Shown here: positions 13,817-27,100 of the stretch, piece after piece
How positions within the stretch are numbered: the first letter of the stretch is position 1
How the letters are laid out: each line of letters starts with the position of its first letter
Source of the DNA: Macrostomum lignano
Taxonomy: Eukaryota
Length of the DNA stretch: 64,000 bases
Assembly (NCBI GenBank): GCA_002269645.1
Contig: NIVC01001180.1
Location: 1-64,000 of the forward strand
Reading direction: 5' to 3'
Notes under the pieces: model-generated
Told to the model about the DNA's origin: nothing
Seen by the model: only the letters and a program-made list of their open reading frames with translations
The model's database searches: none
Position numbers and translations under genes: made by a program

Positions 13817-15310
13817 GGACACTAGGGAGAGCGGCAGTGGACACTAGTGACAGCGGCTGTGGACACTAGGGGGAGAGCGGCTGTGGACACTTGGGGGAGA
13901 GCGGCAGTGGACACTAGAGGGAGAGCGGCTGTGGACACTAGGGGGAGAGCGGCTGTGGACACTAGTGACAGCGGCTGTGGACACTAGTGACAGCGGCTGT
14001 GGACACTAGGGGGAGAGCGGCAGTGGACACTAGAGGGAGAGCGGCTGTGGACACTAGGGGGAGAGCGGGTGTGGACATTAGTGAGAGCGGCTGTGGACAC
14101 TAGGGGGAGAGCGGCAGTGGACACTAGTGACAGCGGCTGTGGACACTAGGGGGAGAGCGGCTGTGGACACTAGGGGGAGAGCGGCTGTGGACACTAGGGG
14201 AGAGCGGCTGTGGATACTAGGGGGAGAGCGGCAGTGGACACTAGTGACAGCGGCTGTGGACACTAGGGGGAGAGCGGCTGTGGACACTAGGGGAGAGCGG
14301 CTGTGGACACTTGGGGGAGAGCGGCTGTGGATACTAGTGACAGCGGCTGTGGACACTAGGGGGAGAGCGGCTGTGGACACTAGTGACAGCGGCTGTGGAC
14401 ACTAGGGGGAGAGCGGCTGTGGACACTAGGGGAGAGCGGCTGTGGATACTAGGGGGAGAGCGGCAGTGGACACTAGTGACAGCGGCTGTGGACACTAGGG
14501 GGAGAGAGGCAGTGGACACTAGAGGGAGAGCGGCTGTGGACACTAGGGGGAGAGCGGGTGTGGACATTAGTGAGAGCGGCTGTGGACACTAGGGGGAGAG
14601 CGGCAGTGGACACTAGTGACAGCGGCTGTGGACACTAGGGGGAGAGCGGCTGTGGACACTAGGGGAGAGTGGCTGTGGACACTAGGGAGAGAGCGGCTGT
14701 GGACACTAGGGGGAGAGCGGCTGTGGACACTAGGGGAGAGCGGCTGTGGACACTAGGGGGAGAGCGGCAGTGGACACTAGGGAGAGAGCGGGTGTGGACA
14801 TTAGTGAGAGCAGCAGTGGACACTAGGGAGAGAGCGGTTGTGGACATTAGTGAGAGCGGCTTTGGACACTAGGGGGAGAGAGGCAGTGGACACTAGGGGG
14901 AGAGAGGCAGTGGACACTAGGGAGAGCGGCTGTGGACACTAGGGGAGAGAGGCAGTGGACACTAGGGGGAAAGCGGCTGTGGATACTAGGGGAGAGCGGC
15001 TGTGGACACTAGGGAGAGAGCGGCAGTGGACACTAGGGGGAAAGCGGCTGTGGATACTAGGGGAGAGCGGCTGTGGACACTAGGGAGAGAGCGGCAGTGG
15101 ACACTAGGGGGAGAGAGGCAGTGGACACTAGTGAGAGCGGCAGTGGACACTAGGGGGAGAGAGGCAGTGGACACTAGGGGGAGAGAGGCAGTGGACACTA
15201 GAGAGAGAGGCAGTGGACACTAGGGAGAGCGGCTGTGGACACTAGGGGGAGAGCGGGTGTGGACATTAGTGAGAGCGGCAGTGGACACTAGTGAGAGCGG
15301 CAGTGGACAC
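13817..15310. repeat. G-rich minisatellite, ~22-24-bp unit (GGACACTAGGGGGAGAGCGGCTGT and variants)
   Basis: Direct tandem repetition is visible over ~1.5 kb. It probably lies in an intron or 5' region of the downstream membrane-protein gene. Confidence 0.95.
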
Positions 15311-15400
15311 AATAACTTAGACACTGTCAAGCAGTAGAACTTGAAAGCAAGTAAATATTTTTTCTGTTTTTTCATATTCTTGAAACTGTCATCCACTTCA

Positions 15401-16495
15401 ATGCCACTCCAGTCGAGCCTGACCACTTCATCAACTGCGAAGCCAGCAGCGCCAACTTCTCAACATTTTCTGCGCTCTACAACGACCTCTCCAGCTCCAG
15501 CGACCAGGCCGGCCACTGCTCCTCCGCCGCCGCCGCAGCCGCCCAGGCCGGCGCAGTACCCGCGGCACCCGACCTTCTCCTCGAACCGGCTTGGCGGCAT
15601 TGGAGGCGGAGGAAGCAACGGCGGTGGCGGCGGCGGCATCGCAGACGGCGGCGGCTTCAAGGTGGACCGCCCGCTGGCTGGGGTGCTGGTGATCGGCGGC
15701 ATTCTGCTGTTCGTGAGCATGAGCCTCACCGCCGCCGTGATTGTCTTCTGCAAGAAGAAGAACACGGTGTTCGTTATGCAGAAATGCGAAGACGATCAGG
15801 ACGGCGACGACTCGGATCTGGAGCTGGACGACGTGCTCACCGACGCGGACTCGTCGGCGGATTGGCGGAGCGGCGACGTGGGCGGCGGCCGGTACACCCC
15901 GCTGGCTCTGAGCAGCCTGCCGACGCTGCTCATCAGTTTTGAAACCGACAGCGGCAGGCGGCTTGTCAGCTTCGCGCCGGGGGCTTCGGCGACAGTTGAC
16001 GACGACGATCTTGCCAACGCGGCAGGCGGCAGCGGCGCAGACGGCGACGCCGGCATCTTTGGAAATCGGTTTGCGCGGGATCTTCCGCCGAGTGATGAGG
16101 AGGAATATCGGGAACAGGCGGCGGGCGGCGGCAGCGGCGGCGGTTGTCGGCGAGTCCGGAGGCTACCACGCTTCGGGGACGGCGGCGGAGGCGGCGGCGG
16201 CAGCAGCAGCGGCAATGACTTGTGCTTGGAGCTGCGTCGGCCAGCTGCAGCCCGTCTCGAAGGCGATGATGACGAGACGGGGAAGCTGATGACCGGCAGA
16301 GATGCCGATGAGGCCGCCGCAACGCCTGCGGAAACTCCTGGCGAGCAGTCGGCGACGGCAACAGCAGAAACTCTCGGCAACGGTGACGCGGTTGAGGCGA
16401 ATTCGAACGGCGACGAAGAGGAAGAGGATGATGATGAAGAAGGCTTGGAGGCTGAGGAGGCGAAGCCGTTGCGACAGCTGGTGACTCAGGTGTAA
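15401..16495 (+). CDS. Orphan single-pass membrane protein: S/T/P-rich N-terminal region, one TM helix, acidic/Gly-rich tail ending -TQV; 5' end uncertain (ATG 15401 or acceptor CAG at 15410-15412)
   Basis: Long GC-rich ORF. The hydrophobic stretch LAGVLVIGGILLFVSMSLTAAVIVFC is followed by KKK. Stop TAA at 16493-16495. No family recognised. Confidence 0.7.
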   Translation: MPLQSSLTTSSTAKPAAPTSQHFLRSTTTSPAPATRPATAPPPPPQPPRPAQYPRHPTFSSNRLGGIGGGGSNGGGGGGIADGGGFKVDRPLAGVLVIGGILLFVSMSLTAAVIVFCKKKNTVFVMQKCEDDQDGDDSDLELDDVLTDADSSADWRSGDVGGGRYTPLALSSLPTLLISFETDSGRRLVSFAPGASATVDDDDLANAAGGSGADGDAGIFGNRFARDLPPSDEEEYREQAAGGGSGGGCRRVRRLPRFGDGGGGGGGSSSGNDLCLELRRPAAARLEGDDDETGKLMTGRDADEAAATPAETPGEQSATATAETLGNGDAVEANSNGDEEEEDDDEEGLEAEEAKPLRQLVTQV

Positions 16496-17284
16496 AAACC
16501 AGTGTCTACAAAATGAGGAATTGTTGAATATCTCGACTGTCTACTACTTCCGATCCTAGGACTGCCTAGAGGGAAACAGACACAGATAGAGAAGGCATTT
16601 AGTAATAGAAGTCTGAGCTCTCTGTGCACAGAGATTCCAGGCAAAGCTCCGTGTGCTGCTACAGAATCTGCGATTATTAAATTGAATATGGTTAGATGAG
16701 GTTACAGGTCTGTGCATGCCATAGGTTGTTACTGTTAATAAGTCCCACTAAACTGAGCATTGCTGCATTCTGTAAAGCATCAATTATAAAAATATTAAAC
16801 TACAAAAATAACGAAGACAAATAAGCATTAGCAATTGTTGCGCTGTGTAAAACAATTAAAATTCATATGTATATGCATAAGAAAGTGCGTTATGATTGTG
16901 TTTATTGGGCTAATATATAGATTTAATACTAGTGTAGCAAATTTTTATTATAAAATGCATCAGAAAAAATGGGTATAGTTACAAAATAAAAGTTCTGACG
17001 GCAGTTATTACCTGTACTTTAATTAAACACGCGAAAGCTAATATCGACATCTATTAATTACATCAGGTAATTCCATTCCAATTGGATTTCTAATCGCGCT
17101 AAAAATAATTTAGTAATATACATAATAAAAGCAATGTGAGACATACGAATTAAGATAAAAATGATATATAAAATAAGAGCCATATAAAAGCGCTGTACAC
17201 TACTTAGAGAGCGGAGCGGGCAGTAGCATAATTGGCGCATTAATTACTCTATTTTTAGAAAAAAACACGAGTAAAACCGTTGAT

Positions 17285-19794
17285 TCAGCGGCCGGCGGTC
17301 TCGGGCGACAGGCAGCGCATAGGAAAGTCGAACAGGCGGCCAAACACCGGCGAGGAGATCAGCGGCGAGGCTGCTGTCGCCGTCGAGGATGGCGAAGGCG
17401 ACGAGCAGGCAGTAGTGCCGGCGACAGTGGGCGCAGTCGGCAGTCCGCCGTTGGTCCGGTTGAACCGGCGAATAAGGCGACGCCGCTTAGCAGAGTCGGG
17501 CATTGCCTGGACAGTGGCGTACAGGGCGGCCACCTGCGACCGGGTGAAGTCCTCGGCGACGGCTAATTCGACAGCAGCGTCAGCGTCGGATGTCGAAGAC
17601 GCGGAAGAAGCGGCGGCGGCAGCAAACTCCGCAGACTCGGCGAAGCGCACGGACAGGCTGGGCATCGGCGGGGCGGCGGCCTCGTCGGCGAGGTCGGCCA
17701 GGCGGCACTGTCGAAGGCGGCGAAATATGCCGTCGGCGTCCTGGGCGACGCTGTCGGGCACCTGCGCGGAGAGGAATTTTCGTGATCTCAGTTTGGACTA
17801 CTGATAGTAGCATTAGTGAAATAGATAATAAAAGCAGCTCTATGACTGCTTTCCCCTGGCGCTTCAGTGGCGCCACTACCCCTATTATTTGGCGCCACTA
17901 ATCAAATCATTTGGCGCCACTAACTTAGTATTTGGCGCCACTAACTTAGTATTTGGCGCCACTAACTTAGTATTTCGCGCCACTAACTTAGTATTTGGCG
18001 CCACTAACTTAGTATTTGGCGCCACTAATCAAATCATTTGGCATAAAAACCTATCATTTGGCGCCACTAATCAAATCATTTGGCATAAAAACCTATCATT
18101 TGGCGCCACTAATCAAATCATTTGGCACCACTAATCAAATCATTTGGCGTCACTAACCCATACGATGCTTCAATGGTCTCAGTTATCCCCCCTCCATCAG
18201 CTGCCATCCAATCCCACCTCCCCTCACCTGCACGACGGCATCAGAGTTCCGAATTGCGAAAGCCAGCGTAGAGTTGAGCTTGGCCGCCAGGTCCCTGGCG
18301 CCGGGCTCCAGGTTCGGGTAGAGCAGTGCGGGGCCGAACACGGTGCCCAGGCTGTCCGGCGTCATCCGGGTGGCCGAGTCGGTGGTGTCGGCGACCCGCG
18401 CCAGCAGGGCCAGCAGGCGGCCGAGCAGATCGCGCCGGTCTTGCGGCAGCAGCTGCACCAGCAGCCGGAGCGCCTTCAGCCGGCGGGCGGTCAGCACCGC
18501 GGACAGGCCGTCGTCTGCGACAGCATTGACACAGTCGGCCGGCTGGGGCGCGCCGATTTGTGCGACCTGATTGGTTTTTTATAGTTTGGATACATATCGG
18601 TGGATTGCAAATACGAGCAGTTATTAAGCTGGGATATCTGGCTCCGAAATAGGGAGTTTATCAGCTGGGATCTCGCTCAGAAATTGGGAGTTTATCAGCT
18701 GGGATATTTAGCTCAGCAATGCAACTCAGTAAATATCCCAGGAGTTTATGAGCAGGGATATTTACCTCAGAAATGAGGAGTTTATCAGCTGGGATATCTA
18801 ACTCAGAAATGGGGAGTTTATTGGCTGGAAATCCACAGTTAAGAGAACGGCTATTCGCCACTCACCTGCTGAAAGTAGGGCAGCAGGCGGCGGGTGAGCA
18901 GCGGCTCGGGCAGTCTGGCCAGACTGGCCTTCAACGCGCCGGCCAGATCGTGCGTCGTCCAGGCCTCGGACTCGGCGACGTCCTTGGAGCCGTCGGCGTT
19001 GTCGCTACTGACGGCATCAAGGAGCCGGCGCTGGCGGGCTGCGGAGCCGCACTTGCGAAAGATGCCTTCGACTTGGTCGAGATTCGACCGGCTGGCTAAG
19101 CGAGTCAGCAGGTGGTCCACCACGGCGAGGTCGCCGACGGCTGCGGCAGTGGCAGCGGCTGTGGGATGGGCGTTGTCGGTTATCGTATTTGTACATAGTT
19201 TTTGAGAATTGATTTGCCATGATACGTACATTTAATGCTTGCTGAAGATTCAAAGGGTTGTCAATATCAATATCAAGGTAAATACATAGTGATTACAGCA
19301 AAAATGAATAAGGACTCACCAGCCTCGGGCCTTCCATTCTGGACTCGCTTCAGTTTCATACTATCTCTGGCCCGTTGCCAAATCCACTGACTCGTCGGTC
19401 TATCAGTGGCAGAGTCATCGTCTTGGTCGTCATCGTCCAAGAAGTCAGCCGGCACGTCAATAACAAATGACAGATGAACTTTGCATAGTTCGACAAATTG
19501 TCTAGGCAGTAGGCTACGGAGCAGATCGAAACTTCTCAGCGATGTCGGAGACGTGGCTGGGCGAGTCATGACCGCCGCTAGCTGTTTTAGCCGCTGGGTC
19601 TGCTGCGCAAGCGGAGGCTGTTGCATCTCGTCTGGCCGAGGGGCCTGCACTACGGCAGAGCTTTGGAGCTCGCAATGGGCTTTGCCGCCGCCGCCGCCGC
19701 CGCTACGACTTCTACGGCGACGGGCTGACGAGTAATTCGTCAATGGCGTCGGTCGTACGGGACGGGCGGGAGTCGCGAGGCGAACCAGTGGCAT
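17285..19794 (-). CDS. ARHGAP19: Rho GTPase-activating protein 19-like (RhoGAP), 527 aa; exons 19794-19320, 19158-18866, 18566-18228, 17761-17285
   Basis: All three introns are GT-AG with consistent phases (1,0,0), total 1584 nt. RhoGAP motifs: EGIFRKCG (arginine finger), HDLAGALKASLARLPEPLLT, MTPDSLGTVFGPALL. The N-terminal FDLLRSLLPRQFVELCKVHLSFVIDVP and C-terminal AKLNSTLAFAIRNS match ARHGAP19-specific segments as I recall them. Confidence 0.85.
17868..18157. repeat. Intronic minisatellite, 21-bp (TTTGGCGCCACTAACTTAGTA) and 42-bp units, in RhoGAP intron 3
   Basis: Tandem copies are visible; the ORF track shows FGATNLV repeats. Confidence 0.9.
18625..18840. repeat. Degenerate ~35-bp tandem repeat (GGGAGTTTATCAGCTGGGATAT core) in RhoGAP intron 2
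   Basis: AGCTGGGA recurs at 18627, 18663, 18697 and onward. Confidence 0.75.
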
Positions 19795-20689
19795 GGCTTG
19801 GGCTGTTTATTTTAGTGCCTTAGTCTAATTCAGTTAAGGCTTGGAGTTAGACACGGATTTATTTAGATGTCTGTTTGTACTTTAAGAGGGAAGGCCCAGA
19901 ACAGTCTAGTCTGTGGCTCTGTACTCTTTGTACATTGAAATAAAACAGCGGGGGTTAATATAGACGACCAAGTTTTATTGGGGTTGGGGTGTGAGAGTCA
20001 ATCGGGCCCCCACACCAGGGCCAGCCAATAGGAACTCGCGCAACCCCACCCTCACAGATCACGCCCACAATCCAAGCCTGCGAGAGATAAGATAATGACA
20101 GTGACGGTGAGGTGGGTATTGGGGCGAAGCAATTGAGTCTTTATCACCTCTAACTGAAATTTCCCTATCGCGTTGAGCACTCACGTAGGCGAACCCCCAC
20201 CCGAGGCGACTCAATCAAGAGGGTTGAAAGATGAGCTAAAAAGAAGCAATTCTTTATTCGAATGAACATTTTGGTAAGCAACAATAGAACATTAATGGGG
20301 AGGATTGATCGCACCTACTTTTGTAAGTTTTAATTGTGACAATGACAACAATAGCGAATGCCTACAGGGGTTGGGTATGCGCTAAAAACTGCTGGTTGCT
20401 AGGGTTCTAAATAGTTTTCATGTTTATATTTTTCAAAAAATCCAAAAGGAAGGAAATGCTTGCCATTCTGGGAAACAATTTTCATCTGTTTATCTTTATT
20501 CGTTAATAAAATACTCATGCCCGAGGCGCTTGACGAGGAGACAATTTTTTTGCGTCTTGCGGACACCTGCATGTCTTTCGACTCTTTCGTAAATTAAATT
20601 AAAGCATGTTTCAATAAGCTAATTCACTAAATTCACTAATTCATCCTGGCAATTCTGATGTCCATACACACTTTTGTACGAGCTTACAT

Positions 20690-21930
20690 CTCACGGTCTC
20701 ACCCTTCTGGTCTCGCTGTCTCACGCATTTCTCTCTTAATCTTACTCATTAATCTGTCAATCTCCCTCATTTCCCTCTCATTCTCACTCATTTCTCTCTC
20801 ATTCTCACTCATTTCTCTCTCATTCTCACTCATTTCCCTCTCATTCTCACTCATTTCTCTCTCATTCTCACTCATCTCTCTCTCAATCTCATTCATTTCT
20901 CTCTTAATCTCTCTTATTTTTCTCTAAATCTCACTCAGTTCTCCCTCAATCTCATTCATTTCCCTCTCAATCTAACTCATTTCTCAGTCAATCTCACTCA
21001 TTTCTCTCTCAATCTCACTCATCTCTCTCTCAATCTCATTCATTTCTCTCTCAATCTCTCTTATTTTTCTCTCAATCTCACTCAGTTCTCCCACAATTTC
21101 ACCCATTTGACTCAATCTCACTCATCTATCTCAATCTCTCTTTTTTCTCTCAATCTCACTCAGTTCTCCCTCAATCTCATTCATTTCCCTCTCAATCTAA
21201 CTCATTTCTCAGTCAATCTCACTCATTTCTCAGTCAATCTCACTCATCTCTCTCTCAATCTCACTCATCCCTCTCTCAATCTCATTTATTTCTCTCTCAA
21301 TCTCACTCATCTCTTTCAATCTCACTCATTTCTCCCTCAATCTCATTCATTTATCTCTCAATCTCATTTGTTTCTCTCTCAATCTCACCCATTTTCCTCT
21401 CAATCTCACTCATCTATCTCAATCTCTCTTATTTCTCTCTCAATCTCACTCATTTCTCAGTCAATCTCACTCATTTCTCTCTCAATCTCTATTTTTTTCT
21501 CTCTCAATCTCACTCATCTCTCTCTCAATCTCACTCATTTCTCAGTCAATCTCACTCATTTCTCTCTCAACCCTCTCATCTCTCTCTCAATCTCTCTTAT
21601 TTCTCTCTCAATCTCACTCATCTCTCTCTCAATCTCTCTCATCTCTCTCTCAATCTCTCTTATTTATCTCTCAATCTCACTCATTTCTCTCTCAATCTCA
21701 CTCATTTCTCTCTCAATCTCTCTTATTTCTCTCTCAATCTCACTCATCTCTCTCTCAATCTCTCTCATCTCTCTCTCAATCTCTCTTATTTCTCTCTCAA
21801 TCTCACTCATTTCTCTCTCAATCTCATTCGTCTCTCTCTCTCTCAATCTCACTCATTTCTCAGTCAATCTCACTCATCTCTCTCTCAATCTCATTCATTT
21901 GTCTCTCAATCTCTCTTTTTTCTCTGCATT
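20690..21930. repeat. Pyrimidine-rich degenerate minisatellite, 21-bp unit (TCTCAATCTCACTCATTTCTC)
   Basis: Tandem copies; translations give 7-aa repeats (SLISLSI, EREMSEI). Confidence 0.92.
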
Positions 21931-24193
21931 TTAATTCTTCGCAAATCATACAGAAAATAAACTTCTAAACAACAGTGCTCAGCGAAAGCAATGAGTAGGC
22001 CAGAATTTACAGTTTTGAGTCGATTATGCATGATGGCATCACAAATTTTATAATTAACAATATCCAACGATTAAATAAGGATAAAACCATTGCAAACTGA
22101 ATGCCCATTGTTTATATTTCGGCTATTAATGGATTAGAATTAGAAAGGCACTATTCGAGAAGTGAAAGCTCGTTATCAGCGAATAATCCTCACTTATTAG
22201 GGAGCACAATTAGCCATCATATGCATAAATGATATAACTAGCAATGGACAATAATCAACAATAGTTTCGTGAACAATAACATTATCAAAAATTAAAGTTC
22301 TCAATATATCACGATAATACTAAATTTGAGTCCTCTTAGATCTGTGTTTGGTAGGTGTTGCGTCATGCATTGGGATCACGAGTTCCTTGCGCGAACCGAC
22401 AAGCTCTGCACACCTTGGGTAGACAATATATATTTTCACAGCTTTGAACTGTAATAGAACTTTTCTCCATTCACTTAACTGATTCGGGGCCAACCCGACA
22501 CCTCCCGCTGACTTTTTTGACTTGTCGAGCTATCAGTTTAAAAAAATACGTGTCAATTTAACACCTGGCTGTATGCGGTGTGCGCACCGGGTTTAGAAGA
22601 AACAATTGCGTCATTCACTAATCTGCAGCTTGGCAAGGCTAACAGCCCTGTAGACACGTTTGCTGTTGTTGTGTGCTTTAGTAAGACTGATTTTGCAAGA
22701 TCCAACAGCTTTTTCAAACTGTTGCACCAGACCTGCCAGCCAGCTAAATATCTATAGACAGTCGACAGACATTCACTGTAAGTTAGATGTGCGTGTGCGT
22801 GTGCGCAGCTGTTGTAGGGTGCTACTCGTACATGCATTAATATAAACAGTCTGAGTTTTCTTCACTAACTGACAATCTACCGTTTGTCCGATTGGGATTA
22901 AATAACTATGGTAGAAATGGGAGAAAAACTAGCTCATTTAGAGTCCATATTTTACAGTAAACCTAGTCCCCAGTCTAGAGGTCAGACTTAATACTCGTAA
23001 TAGCAAGGGTAAGTAAACTTAATGCAGTAAGCAGAAAGTGTAAACACGAGTGTCGAGTTGACAATCTTGCAAAGCATTTGTGGTAGTGCTCTCCCCCCGC
23101 CCCGGCCCACTCAAATTTAGTTCAAGACATGCCAAATTTGTTCTCAGCACGATATAATACTCGGGGCATGTCTAGATGTCGTAATGGAAATTTTTCGAAA
23201 AGATGCTGCAGGACGGACAATAGGCTGAAATTCGAATTCGGGTTCTACAAATTTTTGCAACAATATTCAGTTTATTATGCTATTCAAGATTCAGAACTGA
23301 GACTTGAGGCCAGGCCAGATGAAAGAATTCTGTGCTAAGGGAAATTCCAGTGACGACTGCCGACCTTGAGGGTACAGTCTCATCGAAATGTACACTTCGA
23401 TGTGGGTGTGAGTGTGGGTAAGAAAGAACTGACTAACTGAAGGGTGGCTTAATAGCAGAGAGAAAAGGATTCTGTGCGCATCAAACACAACTCTCCCCCC
23501 CCCACTGGAACCCTCAACTGGATGGGGGTTGGGGGGTTGGGGGTCCGAGCGTGCTGAAAATGCTGGGCGCGCGCCTAATGTACATTCAAATTATTTGTAC
23601 TCTGACCCTAGACCAAAGCCTCAATTTAGTTTTACACTCGGCTAGAGAGAGACTGGGCCGGCCGGCCCGGTGCTTGGCGGAATGTACATTAATTTTTTTA
23701 TACAACTCAGCTCCCCCTTTCTCCCCGCAGCATCACGCCCTCTGCAGCCTTGCCCCTGGAAGTGTGGGGGAGAGGGAGGGGGGTAAGGAGAAATAGCTAA
23801 GAGAGGTTGGGCATCGGCGGCATGGGGCTGCGCTGGTGATTTTCCACTGCAAGGCCAAACCGGAAGACGTACGAGAGAGAGAGAACTTAGGAGCTGCAGA
23901 CCGAGCCGAAAAGCATATACAAAGGAAACACAGGCACAGCCCAAACCCTTCTGGATCTGATTCTCACTCCTGACGCGTTCACACACGATTTTGCCTTCGC
24001 TTCGTTTTGCTCCTTGTCCTTACTAACCAAGGAAGGACCGTTTAAACCGTAAGCAGGCAAAAGCCAGCAACTTGTGGCAAGTAAACCCAATATATTTCAG
24101 CAGCAGCACGCCAGCAGGCAGCAGTGCAATAGTAACGCCTAGAAGAAATACCGATCTGCTCTACACTGGCTACAGATACTAAACTGAATCAGA

Positions 24194-27100
24194 ATGCAAG
24201 CTGCCAAACAGTTAATAGGCACCCGCCAGAAACTTCTCTCTAGCCGACTGTTGAGCCTGCCAAGCAGCAGCATTGGCAGCAGCCGAGCCTACGATGTCAA
24301 GCATTACGAGGCTAAGAATGAACCAGCGCTTGAATACACTCAGGGCAGCAAGGAGCGCAAGGACGTTGAAGCTGCTCTGTCCAAGTTCGCTTCCGATGGC
24401 ACAATCAAGATTCCTATTTGCATTGGCGACCGAGAAATCCACCTGGACGGGGCCAAGCGTCAGGTTAGAGTTTTATTGATATACTTTTGAAATTGCAGGT
24501 GCGCACTCGACTCAAATTATTTCTTTATCTCTCTTGTTTTTTTCACTTGTTTTTTAACGCTGTCTGACTACTATCTCTCCCTCTCCCTCTGCCTCTGCCC
24601 CTTTCCCTCTTCTTTAACTTGAAAATTCTCTTCACCTCTAACCCCTTAAACCCTCTGCAACCAATTATCCTATCTCTATAATATCTACGGTCTCTAATTT
24701 CCATTTACCTCTAGTTCCATTTCCCTCTACTACTAATTTCCCTCTACGGTAATTCTCTACTTCTAATCCTAATCTACATATAAATTCCTCTCTCCTTCTA
24801 ATTCCCCTCTCCCTATAATTCCCTCCCCCCTCTAATTCATCTGTCTTTCTATTCCCTTCCCCCTTTAATTCTCCCTAATTCTCTCTAATTCCCCCCTCTT
24901 CCTCTAATTCCCCTCTTCCTCTAATTCCCTTTTCCCTTTCCCTCTACTTACTTCCCCTCTTCCTCTAATTCTCTCTCCCCTCTCCTACTTCCCCTCTTCT
25001 TCTAATTCCCCCTCCCTCTAATTCCCCGCTTCCTCTAATTCCCTCTCTCCTTCTAATTCCCCACTTCCTCTAATTCCCTCTCCCTCTAATTCCCCCCTCT
25101 CCCTCTAATTCCCCCCTCTCCCTCTAATTCCCCCTTCCTCTAATTCCCTCTTCCTCTCCCTCTAATTCACCAGGTGGCCCCATTCGACCACAAGCGCACT
25201 CTGGCAACGTTCGATTACGCCCCGCCTGCGCTAATCCAAGAGGCCATAGACAATTGCCTGGAAGCCAGAGAGCGCTGGGAGGCCACGCCGTGGGAGGAGC
25301 GCGCCAAGGTGATGCTGCGGGCGGCCGACATGTTGGCGGGGCCGATGCGAGCTAACATAGTGGCTGCCACAATGCTTGGCCAGGCCAAGACTGTCTACCA
25401 GGCCGAGATTGATGCGGCCGCTGAACTGATTGATTTCCTGCGATTCAATGTTGGCAATATGGCTAAGCTCGCCCAGTACCAGCCTATCAGCACTAAGACT
25501 GCCGAGAATACCATGGTTTACAGGTGAGGACCGGCCCAGACTCTCAGATGAAGCTATTGACTGTGACAGACTCTCAGATGAAGCTGTTGACTGTGACAGA
25601 CTCTCAGATGAAGCTGTTGACTGTGACAGACTCTCAGATGAAGCTGTTGACTGTGACAGACTCTCAGATGAAGCTGTTGACTGTGACAGACTCTCAGATG
25701 AAGCTGTTGACTGTGCCAGACTCTCAGATGAAGCTGTTGACTGTCCCAGACTCTCAGATGATGCCACAATTCATCCCAGACTCTCAGATGATGCCACAAT
25801 TCATCCCAGACTCTCAGATGATTCCACAATTCATCCCAGACTCTCAGATGATGCCACAATTCATCCCAGACTCTCAGATGATGCCACAATTCATCCCAGA
25901 CTCTCAGAAGATGCCACAATTCATCCCAGACTCTCAGATGAAGCTACTAACTGTCCCAGACTCAGATAAAGCTATTAACTGTCCTAGACTCTCAGATGAG
26001 GCTATTGACTGGCCCAGACTCTCAGATGAAGCTATTAACTGTCTCAGACTCTCAGATAAAGCCACAATCCCTCCCAGACTCCCAGTCACCCCGATAGATC
26101 CCAGTTCACAGCCAACCCCACCCCACCGCATCCCGCTGCTTCCAGAGGCATGGAAGGCTTCTGGGCAGCCGTGACGCCTTTCAATTTCACCGCCATTGGC
26201 GGCAACCTGGCTGCTTCGCCGGCCTTCGCCGGAAATTCAACCGTGTGGAAGCCGACGGACTCGGCCCTGCTGTCGAACTACTTGGCTTACAAGGTGCTGC
26301 GCGAGGCCGGCCTGCCGCCCGGCGTGGTCAATTTCGTCCCGGCTGACGGGCCGCAGTTCGGCGCCGAGATCACCAAGCGGCCGGAGCTGGCTGGCGTGAA
26401 CTTCACTGGCAGCGTGCCAACATTCCGCAGCATCTGGTCCGGCGTGGCCGCCAACCTGGCCAATTATCGCACTTTCCCCCGGCTGATTGGCGAGTGCGGT
26501 GGCAAGAATTTCCATTTCGTTCATCCTAGCGCCGATTTGGAGCAGGTGGCCAACAGCACCATCAGGTCGGCTTATGAGTACTCCGGCCAGAAGTGCTCCG
26601 CCTGCTCGAGGCTCTACGTGCCGGCCTCCATGTGGCCGAAACTGCGCGACCGTCTGCTGGAGCTTCGAGCCAGCCTGAAGTTCGGCTCGCCGCTGGACAT
26701 CGGCTCGACCTTCTCCTCGGCCGTCATCGACGACAAAGCATTCCGTCGGGTTAGCGGCTACGCCTCCGAGCTGCCCAAGTCCGACTCGGCCAACCTGCAG
26801 CTGCTGGGCGGCGGCAAGTGCGACGATTCGGTTGGCTACTTTGTGGAGCCGACCATCATCGAGACTCGCGACCCGCGCCACCGGATCATGCAGGAGGAGA
26901 TCTTCGGCCCGGTGCTCGCTGTCTACGCCTATCCCGACAATCAGGTTGACGAGGCACTGAACCTGGTGGACAGCACCAGCCCGTACGCCCTGACTGGCGC
27001 CGTGTTTTCCACCGACGAAGAGTTCGTGAAGCTGGCCAGCCGGAGGCTGCGCCAGGCTACCGGCAATTTCTACATCAACGTGCAGTCGACCGGCTCGGTG

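Noticed and set aside
14078-15223. ORFs with DTRGRAAV/STAALPLV repeats, and similar ORFs over other minisatellites (20658-21934, 25231-26174, 33587-34298, 37123-38163, 42362-42840, 44961-45856, 59218-59634)
   Set aside because: These are translations of non-coding tandem repeats; most lie inside introns defined by splice sites.
15341-15400. TTG-initiated signal-peptide-like MKASKYFFCFFIF
   Set aside because: It starts at a non-ATG codon, and the hydrophobicity comes from a T-rich tract that looks like a polypyrimidine tract.
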